Below, piece after piece: positions 49,769 to 58,121 of a stretch of DNA of 64,000 bases. The notes under the pieces were generated by a model that saw only the letters and a program-made list of their open reading frames with translations, was not told the DNA's origin and did no database searches. Both the position numbers and the translations under genes were made by a program. Within the stretch, counting starts at the first letter, position 1, and the number at the start of each line of letters is the position of its first letter. The stretch covers positions 3,175 to 67,174 of the forward strand of contig CACKGC010000005.1 in the NCBI GenBank assembly GCA_902599655.1. Reading direction: 5' to 3'. The stretch is from an uncultured Fidelibacterota bacterium (GTDB taxonomy: Bacteria > Fidelibacterota > Marinisomatia > Marinisomatales > Marinisomataceae).

Positions 49769-50364
49769 CTTAACTTCACCCTTCCTGAAATAGCTGAAGA
49801 AATAGTTTTGTCGTCGATATATTCCAAATTACTACCAACCGGCAAACCAACAGCAAGCCGGGATAGTTCAACGTTCTTATCTTTTAAAATTTTTTCGAGA
49901 TAAAGCGCAGTGGCATTTCCAGACGTACTAGGATTGGTTGCAATAATAACTTCTTTTAATCCTGAATTAATTCTTTTTAAAAGCTTGTCAAAAGATAGAT
50001 CTGATGGACCAATACCATCTAATGGAGAAATAGCTCCACCAAGCACATGATATAATCCATCGAAACTGTTGGTGTTTTCAATTTTAATAACATCTTCCAT
50101 ATTTTCAACTACACATAAAATTTCAGAATTTCTAGCGTCACTGCTTAATGGAGATTCTTCACCTTTCAATAATACCATCCCTGTATCTGGACAAATATCA
50201 AGTTTTTCATCAACCTCTTTTAAGGCGCCAATTAAATTTTTGCCCAATGACTTATCGGACTTTACGATAAAATATGCTATTCTTTCTGCTCCTTTTCTTC
50301 CAATTCCGGGAAACTTGATCAAAGAATCAATTAATACTTCAATATATTTTGTAGCATTTGCCAT
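49765..50364 (-). CDS. recR: Recombination protein RecR (zinc-finger cysteines largely absent)
   Basis: FPGIGRKGAERIAYF HhH motif and a Toprim region (ILCVVENMEDV, ATNPSTSGNATA). Only one Cys where the C4 finger is expected. Confidence 0.9.
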   Translation of the reverse strand: MANATKYIEVLIDSLIKFPGIGRKGAERIAYFIVKSDKSLGKNLIGALKEVDEKLDICPDTGMVLLKGEESPLSSDARNSEILCVVENMEDVIKIENTNSFDGLYHVLGGAISPLDGIGPSDLSFDKLLKRINSGLKEVIIATNPSTSGNATALYLEKILKDKNVELSRLAVGLPVGSNLEYIDDKTISSAISGRVKLS

Positions 50365-50678
50365 TAAAATCCAGGTAATCCATCAGTTAACCCGCCAGTT
50401 ACAGCTTTTAATTTCTTAGCTGATGTATCTTTAGCATCTTCAAGTGCATTATTTACAGCGACTTTTATAGCATTTTCAATTACATAAGCTTCGCTACTTA
50501 AAAGCGTTTCATCAATTTCTACATTTTGAGTTTTCATATCTGCTGTCATAGTAACCTTACATGCACCATTAGCAGATACTCCTTCTACTTCTATGCTCTC
50601 TAACTCTTTCTTAATTTTTTTCATTTGAGATTTCATATTTTGAGCTTGTTTAAGCATTTCTTTCATATTTCCAAACAT
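50364..50678 (-). CDS. ybaB: Nucleoid-associated protein YbaB/EbfC
   Basis: 104 aa. MFGNMKEMLKQAQNMKSQMKKIKKELE, in the canonical dnaX-ybaB-recR order. Confidence 0.92.
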   Translation of the reverse strand: MFGNMKEMLKQAQNMKSQMKKIKKELESIEVEGVSANGACKVTMTADMKTQNVEIDETLLSSEAYVIENAIKVAVNNALEDAKDTSAKKLKAVTGGLTDGLPGF

Positions 50679-52228
50679 TACAACATATCCTTTCCATCAA
50701 ATAGAGACACAATATCATCTTCATTTACTTTTTCTTCTTTTTTATCTTGAATTTTTTCAACCTCAGTATCAACCACCAAGCTAACATTAATATTGGAGCC
50801 ATACTTTTCATCAATAATTGACTTTACAAGCTCCAAACCTTCCTGTAATAGCTTTTGATTAAATTCGGAGCTATCATAAGAAATCACCTTAAGATTGTTA
50901 CTTTTTAAATCTCCAAGGATACATCCCGATAACTGCGCTCCGATTGATCCCCTTTTTTTTGAAACTTCCTTAACGATTTGATTCCAATCATTCTTCAATA
51001 ACTCTTCACTTAAATCTATTTTTTTCTCTTTTTTTTTAGATGTTTCGTCAGGGGTTTTATCAACCGTTTTTGCTTTTCGGGTTTCTACCTGTTGCTCCTG
51101 TGAAATTTCTTTTTTTAAAAATTTTTCAATATCAATACTTGAATCAAATTCTAAGAGCTTGATCAAATTCATTTCTAATATTAAATATTGATCAGAGTAT
51201 TGTCTTATTGAAGCATAAAGTGTTGAAAGATTATTAGATAGTCTAATTATATCTTTGTGACTCCAAGTGTAGTTTAATTGATTATATTTTTTAGAAAGTT
51301 CCGAATCTACACCTGCAAGCTTTAATCCGTTTTTAAAATTCAATACCGATAAATTTCTGAAATGCAGAATAAGATCTTTTAATAAATCCTCAACTATATA
51401 ACCTTTATTCCTAATAATCTCTAAATCAGCCATGAGTTTATCTCCATCTCTATCATGCAAAGCATCGGAGATACTAAACAAAATTTCATGAGGAACTACT
51501 CCAAGTAAATCCTGTACCATATCAAAAGTGATATCATTTCCTAGCACAAGGACTTGATCTAAATAACTTAATGCGTCTCGCATACTTCCTTCTGATTTTG
51601 AGGCAATCATTGATAACGACTTCTCATCAATTGATTGATTTTCACTTTCCGTAATATATTTTAATCTATCACTTATTGTAGTGTTTGAAAGTGGTAAAAA
51701 ATCGAATCTTTGACATCTTGAAATAATCGTTTGCGGTACTTTATGTACATCTGTAGTTGCCAGAATAAATTTCACATGCTGAGGAGGTTCTTCTAATGTC
51801 TTTAATAAAGCATTAAATGCTTGTGTAGTAAGCATATGAACCTCATCAATGATAATAACCTTAAACTTGCCAGAAACAGGCATAAACTTGATATTTTCTC
51901 GCAATTCGCGTATTTCATCAATACCTCTATTGGAGGCTCCATCGATCTCAATCACATCCATAGATTTTCCATCAATAATATCCAATACTGACTCAGATTT
52001 TAAATCATAGTCTGTAGTTGGTGTATCTGCACCATTTAAAGACATAGCTACTAGACGAGCTGTGGTTGTTTTACCTACTCCCCTTGGTCCAGCAAATAAA
52101 AATGCTTGGGCGATTCGATTTTTTTCAAAAGCCTTTTGAAGTGTAGCGGTAATATGTTCTTGGCCAACAACATCTTTGAATTGTTTTGGACGCCATTTAA
52201 GAGCTAGAACTTGGTAATTTTCTGACAA
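50678..52228 (-). CDS. dnaX: DNA polymerase III subunit gamma/tau
   Basis: GPRGVGKTT Walker A, IIDEVHMLT, SRCQRFDF. 516 aa. An A9 tract lies at 51029-51037. Confidence 0.96.
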   Translation of the reverse strand: MSENYQVLALKWRPKQFKDVVGQEHITATLQKAFEKNRIAQAFLFAGPRGVGKTTTARLVAMSLNGADTPTTDYDLKSESVLDIIDGKSMDVIEIDGASNRGIDEIRELRENIKFMPVSGKFKVIIIDEVHMLTTQAFNALLKTLEEPPQHVKFILATTDVHKVPQTIISRCQRFDFLPLSNTTISDRLKYITESENQSIDEKSLSMIASKSEGSMRDALSYLDQVLVLGNDITFDMVQDLLGVVPHEILFSISDALHDRDGDKLMADLEIIRNKGYIVEDLLKDLILHFRNLSVLNFKNGLKLAGVDSELSKKYNQLNYTWSHKDIIRLSNNLSTLYASIRQYSDQYLILEMNLIKLLEFDSSIDIEKFLKKEISQEQQVETRKAKTVDKTPDETSKKKEKKIDLSEELLKNDWNQIVKEVSKKRGSIGAQLSGCILGDLKSNNLKVISYDSSEFNQKLLQEGLELVKSIIDEKYGSNINVSLVVDTEVEKIQDKKEEKVNEDDIVSLFDGKDML

Positions 52229-52266
52229 TTTATTTCCTTTATTTTGCAGAATTTAATCAAACATAT

Positions 52267-52300
52267 TAAAAGAGCGTAGAATTATAATAACTCTACGCTC
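52267..52300 (-). terminator. Rho-independent terminator after the TPR lipoprotein gene
   Basis: GAGCGTAGA (52272-52280) pairs with TCTACGCTC (52292-52300). On the minus strand the hairpin is followed by TTTTAAT. Confidence 0.65.
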
Positions 52301-52346
52301 CTTTTTCAAATCAAATAAGTTTTTAAGCTTATTTTAGGTTCATTGA

Positions 52347-53801
52347 TTATTCGCTTAAAAGAGATTTCAAACTATCTACTTTTGATTCACTGGCTTTTAA
52401 TCCCATCATTGCAGATTGTTCAAAATATTTTAACGCCATGGAATTATCATTTACTGCTAAATAATAATCACCCAAAGAATCATAAGGGTTAGCCTTACCT
52501 GACTGTCTCCTTACTTGCTCTTGAAGTGTTTCTTTAGCTAAATCCATCTCATCTTTTTGCATATAAGCATAACCCATAATATTTAATGCTGGCGTAAAGT
52601 TAGGATTCATTGCGTACAATTCCTTTCCTCTGCGTAAGATCATGTCTGGTCCAATATCGCTCATTGTAGCAAAAATTGATTCCATTCTCAAAAATGATCC
52701 ATCAGGATATTTCGTGGCCAATCTTTCAATAACTCGATTAAATGAATTGGTTCCTAATTTGGTATCATTTGATAATGCCATAATCATTTTCTTTTCTTCT
52801 GAAGATGCGTTTTCTGACATACTAACTGCAATTTCTAAGTCTTCATCAGATGCAGTTTGATTTTGCATAAGTCGGTGCGTTCTAGCTCGCATTGCATAAG
52901 CAAGAGCAAAGCTTTCATCAATTTCAATTGCATTTGCAAATGACTCATTTGCTTGCTCCCATTCAAGATTGTAAAGCTGCCACATTCCCATATTGAATGC
53001 AGATTTAGCTTCATCTGATTCGCTTGTCCATTGCATCACTTTAGAATCTTCGCTAGCCATCTTTTGTTGATATTTAGCCAAAGCTAAATTCCTAGTTGCC
53101 CATTCAAACTCCGGATCGACTTCAAATGCTAACTGATATGTCTCTATTGCTTTATCAAACTCACCTTTATTAAGATGAAATTCGGCTAATGAATCATATG
53201 CATTTGCTTCATTTGGATTTAACTCAATATATTTTTCAATAAATGGCAATCCTTTATCATATTCCTCATCATTTTCAGCATTCCAAAAGTACGAATAAGC
53301 TAAAAGATTATATAAATGACCTGCTTTCAATCTCTCACCTGCTTCTATCAATAGCTCTCTACCTTCATCAATTCGATCATTAAACTGAAGATATCTGTAT
53401 GCCCCTGAAGCTAGATATTTATCACCTTTATATTTTTTGTATAAGTCAGGATGAGCGTCAAATCTCCCGCCTTCTCCGTTAATCCAATTTACAGATGCTT
53501 CCATCAACTTTGTTTCTGGATGCCCTTTTTTAGCTAAATCTAAAGCAGTTTCAAGATACTCTCTTCTTAGAACTCTATCTTGCTCAGCATTACCTAAATT
53601 CAAATAACATGAAGCACAATTTGGATCTTTTTCAATACCCTCTAAAAACAATGCTCTTGCTTCAGCAAAACGTACATGATGCATTGCTTCTAATCCATTC
53701 ATTAGCTCACTAGATGCTTGTCCAGTCTGTCTTGGCATTTCACCAGAATTAGACTGACAACTAATTGCTAAAAATGAAAGTAATATTAATATTCTTTTCA
53801 T
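52347..53801 (-). CDS. TPR-repeat lipoprotein
   Basis: Lipobox LAISC, with multiple TPR-like repeats (AEARALFLEGIEKDPN, FDKAIETYQLAFEVDPE). Confidence 0.7.
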   Translation of the reverse strand: MKRILILLSFLAISCQSNSGEMPRQTGQASSELMNGLEAMHHVRFAEARALFLEGIEKDPNCASCYLNLGNAEQDRVLRREYLETALDLAKKGHPETKLMEASVNWINGEGGRFDAHPDLYKKYKGDKYLASGAYRYLQFNDRIDEGRELLIEAGERLKAGHLYNLLAYSYFWNAENDEEYDKGLPFIEKYIELNPNEANAYDSLAEFHLNKGEFDKAIETYQLAFEVDPEFEWATRNLALAKYQQKMASEDSKVMQWTSESDEAKSAFNMGMWQLYNLEWEQANESFANAIEIDESFALAYAMRARTHRLMQNQTASDEDLEIAVSMSENASSEEKKMIMALSNDTKLGTNSFNRVIERLATKYPDGSFLRMESIFATMSDIGPDMILRRGKELYAMNPNFTPALNIMGYAYMQKDEMDLAKETLQEQVRRQSGKANPYDSLGDYYLAVNDNSMALKYFEQSAMMGLKASESKVDSLKSLLSE

Positions 53802-53813
53802 TATTTCCTCCCT

Positions 53814-54578
53814 TTATCTCGTAAATACAAATGTCAAATCATCAGATAACGATGAATCAAATTTGTAGTTTTCTAAGTCAAAGTCTTTTAAATCTTTATT
53901 TCTTGTGATTTTATTGTTAATTACAAATTTTGCTAATAAACCGCGAGCTTTTTTAGCATTAAACGAAATAAATTTAAGTTCGCCATCACGATATTCTTTA
54001 AATACTGTATTTAGTATATCTCCCTCAAGATTTTTTTGATCAATAACATTAAAATATTCATTTGATGAACAATTTATTATGGTCTTGTTCTCATGTTTTT
54101 TAATATTTTTATTAAGATTATTTGTTACTTCATTACTCCAAAAATCATATAAATTATTTCCTTTTGCATTTTCAAACTTTGTGCCCATTTCAAGTCTATA
54201 TGGTTGAATTAAATCTAAAGGTTTTAATATTCCATACAACCCTGAAAGAATTCGTAAATGATCTTGAGCAAACTCTAAATCATTTTGGTTAAATGTTTCT
54301 GCTTGTAATCCAGAATAAACACCGCCATCAAAAGCTAAGATAGCTTGCTTTGCATTATCTTGATTAAATGGCAAAGACCAATTATTAAAACGTTCTTTGT
54401 TTAAATCTGCCAACGAATCACTGATTTTCATTAAATCTTTTAAATCTTGTGACGTCAAATTCTTTGCTTGATTAACTAGCTCTTGAGCGCTTTCAATAAA
54501 ATCACATTGTGTAAATGTTAAAACAGCATCTTGATGTTTGAAATTTAACTTTTTTGATGGTGATAATAACGTAATCAT
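53814..54578 (-). CDS. yaaA: Peroxide stress protein YaaA (DUF328)
   Basis: MITLLSPSKKLNF N-terminus. 254 aa. Confidence 0.85.
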   Translation of the reverse strand: MITLLSPSKKLNFKHQDAVLTFTQCDFIESAQELVNQAKNLTSQDLKDLMKISDSLADLNKERFNNWSLPFNQDNAKQAILAFDGGVYSGLQAETFNQNDLEFAQDHLRILSGLYGILKPLDLIQPYRLEMGTKFENAKGNNLYDFWSNEVTNNLNKNIKKHENKTIINCSSNEYFNVIDQKNLEGDILNTVFKEYRDGELKFISFNAKKARGLLAKFVINNKITRNKDLKDFDLENYKFDSSLSDDLTFVFTR

Positions 54579-55015
54579 TCTAACTCCCTTAAATTGTCTA
54601 TAACCACTTGATGTACTGGAATTGATTTCTGCTCCACAAAATTAAACATTACAAAGGTATGAATCGTTTGAAAAGATGGATCATTTTCTTCTTCAACAAA
54701 AATACCTTGGTGCACGTCATAGCTTTTACTTCCTACCCTAGTAATACGACATCCTATATCTAACTTGACAGGATGATGAACTTGCTTGATGTAGGTAACA
54801 TCCATGGAAGCTAATAAGCCTGCTGCAGTGCTTTTTAGTCCAAGATCATAAGTAGTTTCCCCATAAATATGATCAATAAAATCTTTATGTTTTGTTTCAA
54901 GCAAACTGAGATAAACTGTGTGATTAATGTGTCCTAAAGTATCTACATCCCTCCACCTGGTTTCAGCTGATGTAAAAAAGTCATAATCACTTCTAGTTAA
55001 AATCTTTTTTTTCAT
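54575..55015 (-). CDS. Acyl-CoA thioesterase (hotdog fold, YbgC-like)
   Basis: 146 aa. RWRDVDTLGHINHTVYLS motif. Confidence 0.75.
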   Translation of the reverse strand: MKKKILTRSDYDFFTSAETRWRDVDTLGHINHTVYLSLLETKHKDFIDHIYGETTYDLGLKSTAAGLLASMDVTYIKQVHHPVKLDIGCRITRVGSKSYDVHQGIFVEEENDPSFQTIHTFVMFNFVEQKSIPVHQVVIDNLRELE

Positions 55016-55851
55016 ATTAGCTTTTTTTTGTAATCCTCACATAAATCCCAAACTTTTTTCCAATCTTCTTGATTGTAGGAAGCTCTGGAAGATTTAATTT
55101 CTCTGCATTTAAAAAAATACTTACCAGACACGCCCTTCACCTCATCAGAGGTTGATAAATAAATACTGGAGTCTGCGCCATTATCAACAGTTCTAGCAAA
55201 CATTTTTGCTCCAAATTTTACGATATATTTTATCAAATTTCCTTCATTACCTGCAATATTAGTATCTACAAAACCGGGATGTAACACATTGACTGAAACC
55301 CTATCTTGCATCGATGACAATTGATACGTAAACATAATATTCATCAGTTTTGAAACACAATACGAAGTCCAGGCTGAAAAGCTTTTTTCACAATTGATAT
55401 TCTCATAATCAACTTCTGCGCCAATATGCGCATTAGAAGCAACATTCACTATTCTTCCATCATTTGATTCTGTAAGAATATCTAATAACTCTGTTGAAAG
55501 AACAAAATAATTCATTTGATTAGTTGCGAATGTTTTTTCAAGCCCTTCAGATGTGATTTGCTTTGTTTTATTTGCGCCACCAGCATTATTTAACAGCACA
55601 TCAATTTTGCTGTGCTTTTGTTTGATTCTATCAGCCAAATCTTTCACGTTAGCAACTAAGCTAAGGTCGCACTCAAAAAAGTCTAAATTTTCATTACCGG
55701 AATGTTCAACGACTGTTTCAAGAGCTTTTTTACCTTTATCAGGATTTCTTCCTACTAAACTAACATGATAACCTTTTTTAGCAATAGATTTAGCAGCTGC
55801 TAAGCCAATTCCATCTGTTGCTCCCGTAATGATAATATTTTTATGCTGCAT
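55012..55851 (-). CDS. SDR-family oxidoreductase
   Basis: ITGATDGIGLAAAK, NNAG, and Y..SK (YCVSK) catalytic motif. Confidence 0.88.
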   Translation of the reverse strand: MQHKNIIITGATDGIGLAAAKSIAKKGYHVSLVGRNPDKGKKALETVVEHSGNENLDFFECDLSLVANVKDLADRIKQKHSKIDVLLNNAGGANKTKQITSEGLEKTFATNQMNYFVLSTELLDILTESNDGRIVNVASNAHIGAEVDYENINCEKSFSAWTSYCVSKLMNIMFTYQLSSMQDRVSVNVLHPGFVDTNIAGNEGNLIKYIVKFGAKMFARTVDNGADSSIYLSTSDEVKGVSGKYFFKCREIKSSRASYNQEDWKKVWDLCEDYKKKLI

Positions 55852-55897
55852 ATATCTGATATTTGAAGAATTAAATATTACTCATAAATTGTAATCG

Positions 55898-56644
55898 ATG
55901 TTACAAAATTTTGAATCATTAGTTCTTATTTGGCTGGGTATAGGCTTTATTACCTTTATTACCCTGTTAAAAATTCCAGCTCCATATGGAAAATTTTCAA
56001 AAACTAATTGGGGTCCAATGATTCCAAGTAAACTTGGATGGATAGTAATGGAAATTATTTCACCTCTTGCCTTACTGTATTTCTTTTTAAATGGAAATAT
56101 TGAAAAGACACCAACGAATATTACCTTTATCTCATTGTGGACGATACACTACTTTAACAGAAGTGTTATTTATCCCTTAAGACAGAATAATCCTGCTCAA
56201 ATGCCGCTTCTTATTGCAGTGCTTGCATTCCTGTTTAATGTGATGAATGGATATATAAATGGGACTTATTTTGGTAGTATTCAGGAATATTCTGCTGAAT
56301 ACATGTCAAATTGGAATTTTATTTTAGGTGTTTGCTTATTCATCATTGGTGCATACATCAATATAAAATCTGACAATATTTTACTGTCATTACGATCTAA
56401 ATCAGGAGAATACAAAATTCCTGAAGGCTTTATGTTTAAATATGTCTCATTTCCAAACTATTTAGGAGAAATTCTCGAATGGATAGCTTTTGCTATAATG
56501 ACCTGGTCTCTTGCTGGACTGTCATTTATGATTTGGACCATGGCAAATCTCGTACCAAGAGCTATTAAGGGACATCAATGGTATCATGATAAGTTTGAGT
56601 CTTATCCAAAAAACAGAAAAGCAATATTTCCATTTATTATTTAA
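55898..56644 (+). CDS. 3-oxo-5-alpha-steroid 4-dehydrogenase (steroid 5-alpha-reductase) family membrane protein
   Basis: Polytopic, with YKIPEGFMFKYVSFPNYLGEILEWIAF near the C-terminus. Confidence 0.78.
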   Translation: MLQNFESLVLIWLGIGFITFITLLKIPAPYGKFSKTNWGPMIPSKLGWIVMEIISPLALLYFFLNGNIEKTPTNITFISLWTIHYFNRSVIYPLRQNNPAQMPLLIAVLAFLFNVMNGYINGTYFGSIQEYSAEYMSNWNFILGVCLFIIGAYINIKSDNILLSLRSKSGEYKIPEGFMFKYVSFPNYLGEILEWIAFAIMTWSLAGLSFMIWTMANLVPRAIKGHQWYHDKFESYPKNRKAIFPFII

Positions 56645-57129
56645 AATTCTTTTTTCTTCTGTCTTTTTTTAAAAAAATATTCTTGAAGTAACGCAAGGGA
56701 TTCACCTGCAAGCAAATTTCCTCGAACTACAGCAGGTGTATTTAAACTAACATTACCACAAATTTCAAATTTTGAACCACAAGCTCCATAATCTTCATCA
56801 TAACAACCAAAATATAAAAACTCAATTCGACTATTAACTATCGCCCCTGCGCACATTGGGCAAGGCTCTTTTGTAACATACATGGTGCACTCATTTAATC
56901 TCCAGTCTCCTATGGTGTTTGAAGCTGCGGTAATAGCTAACATTTCAGCATGGGCTGTTGCATCATTTAGTGAATTGCATTGATTATAACCCTGGCCAAT
57001 AATTTTGCCTTTATGTACTACGATAGCTCCGACCGGAACTTCATCCTCAAGCATAGCTTTTTTAGCTAATTGTAGGCATTTTCTCATCCAGTCTTCATGG
57101 GAATTTTGTGTTAGATTGATTTCAGACAT
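56641..57129 (-). CDS. tadA: tRNA adenosine(34) deaminase
   Basis: HAEMLAI and PCPMCAGA zinc motifs. N-terminus MSEINLTQNSHEDWMRKCLQLAKKA parallels the E. coli TadA N-terminus. The ORF track start at 57159 (TTG) runs into the tRNA gene and is rejected. Confidence 0.9.
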   Translation of the reverse strand: MSEINLTQNSHEDWMRKCLQLAKKAMLEDEVPVGAIVVHKGKIIGQGYNQCNSLNDATAHAEMLAITAASNTIGDWRLNECTMYVTKEPCPMCAGAIVNSRIEFLYFGCYDEDYGACGSKFEICGNVSLNTPAVVRGNLLAGESLALLQEYFFKKRQKKKEF

Positions 57130-57132
57130 TAG

Positions 57133-57206
57133 TACGCCCGGAAGGACTTGAACCCACAACCTTCTGGTCCGTAGCCAGACGCTCTATCCAATTGAGCTAC
57201 GGGCGC
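57133..57206 (-). tRNA. tRNA-Arg (anticodon ACG)
   Basis: Hand-folded as GCGCCCG-TA-GCTC-AATTGGATA-GAGC-G-TCTGG-CTACGGA-CCAGA-AGGTT-GTGGG-TTCAAGT-CCTTC-CGGGCGT-A. It has G1-U72 and one U-U mismatch in the T stem. No encoded CCA. Confidence 0.82.
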
Positions 57207-57230
57207 ATATGTAAAACAGATTGGAACTTA

Positions 57231-58100
57231 TTAATCAAACGCGAGAGCTTCAACCTGATAAACTTTTTTATTATTTTGCCCAGCTCCGTCAAATTGAACA
57301 AAAGCAACCAAATTTAAGTCTTGAACATTCCAACTAACTCCAGAATCATTAGGCCAATTACTATCCATTGTCCAGTTAAACACTTTATTTAATGTTTCCC
57401 CAGCTCCTAGATTAATAGTATCAAAATAGACTTGCTGACCGTCAATGATATTTCCACTTAAAAAATCGACAAATGTTTGATCAAATACAGTTTGTCCATT
57501 TGGTGCATTATATGTTGAATTGTCATGAGTAACAGCAACATAAAGCTTAAATCCTGAAACATCACTTATATCAGCGGATGAAGTTACTCGAACATTTCCA
57601 CTAATATTATAACCATTTCTTGATCCACTTATATCAATTTTAAAAAAGGTAGATTGATTTATAGCTGCTCTTGCATTAGTTCTCCATGTAGTTGCAGTTC
57701 CGGCAGAATCAACATTGCCATTTGTATACATATGAGGAACATATCCAACGTCATAATAAGCTTCTCTATTGATAACTGGTGCTTGATTCCAATCATAGTA
57801 TGGATCCCCAGATGATGGCCACCATACATGATATCTTAAAATAATCCATTCATCAGCCAAGTCGCCAGCATACACAGAAGATGTCGGATCTAGATATCGA
57901 TTTAAAGTTGTATTTTGTGGCAAACATGGACCACAAGTAGTAGAAGTAAACAACTCCATTAAAATCTTAGAATCGTAGACAATTGCGTTACTTCCACCCT
58001 CATTATTGTTTTCAGTAGTAGCAGTAACATTGCTGCCTTCTTTACCACAAGAAAGCAATATAAATAGTCCTAAAATATATATTTTGAAAATTTTATCCAT
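57231..58100 (-). CDS. Lipoprotein with thioredoxin-like TCGPC motif (possibly Omp28-related)
   Basis: Lipobox LLSC. ELFTSTTCGPCLPQN. Family guess is from memory only. Confidence 0.55.
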   Translation of the reverse strand: MDKIFKIYILGLFILLSCGKEGSNVTATTENNNEGGSNAIVYDSKILMELFTSTTCGPCLPQNTTLNRYLDPTSSVYAGDLADEWIILRYHVWWPSSGDPYYDWNQAPVINREAYYDVGYVPHMYTNGNVDSAGTATTWRTNARAAINQSTFFKIDISGSRNGYNISGNVRVTSSADISDVSGFKLYVAVTHDNSTYNAPNGQTVFDQTFVDFLSGNIIDGQQVYFDTINLGAGETLNKVFNWTMDSNWPNDSGVSWNVQDLNLVAFVQFDGAGQNNKKVYQVEALAFD

Positions 58101-58121
58101 TTACCAACCCTTCTTAAGAAG

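Noticed and set aside
52229-52346. Looked for an SRP RNA (ffs) or other small RNA upstream of dnaX, where one is often found.
   Set aside because: The 118-nt gap contains only a 9-bp hairpin that fits a terminator for the upstream TPR gene. There is no conserved SRP domain IV-like sequence, and the GC content is too low for a structured RNA.
56641-57159. ORF-track N-terminal extensions of tadA (to 57159) and gltX (to 61790).
   Set aside because: The extensions read straight through the tRNA-Arg and tRNA-Ser genes and start at TTG. Conserved N-termini begin at the internal ATGs (57129 and 61679).
57133-57206. Whether tRNA-Arg(ACG) is a pseudogene, because of G1-U72 and a U-U mismatch in the T stem.
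   Set aside because: All other arms, the anticodon loop (CTACGGA) and the T-loop (TTCAAGT) are canonical. It is the expected essential ICG decoder. tRNA-Leu in this window also has G1-U72. It is kept as a functional tRNA but flagged for covariance-model scoring.
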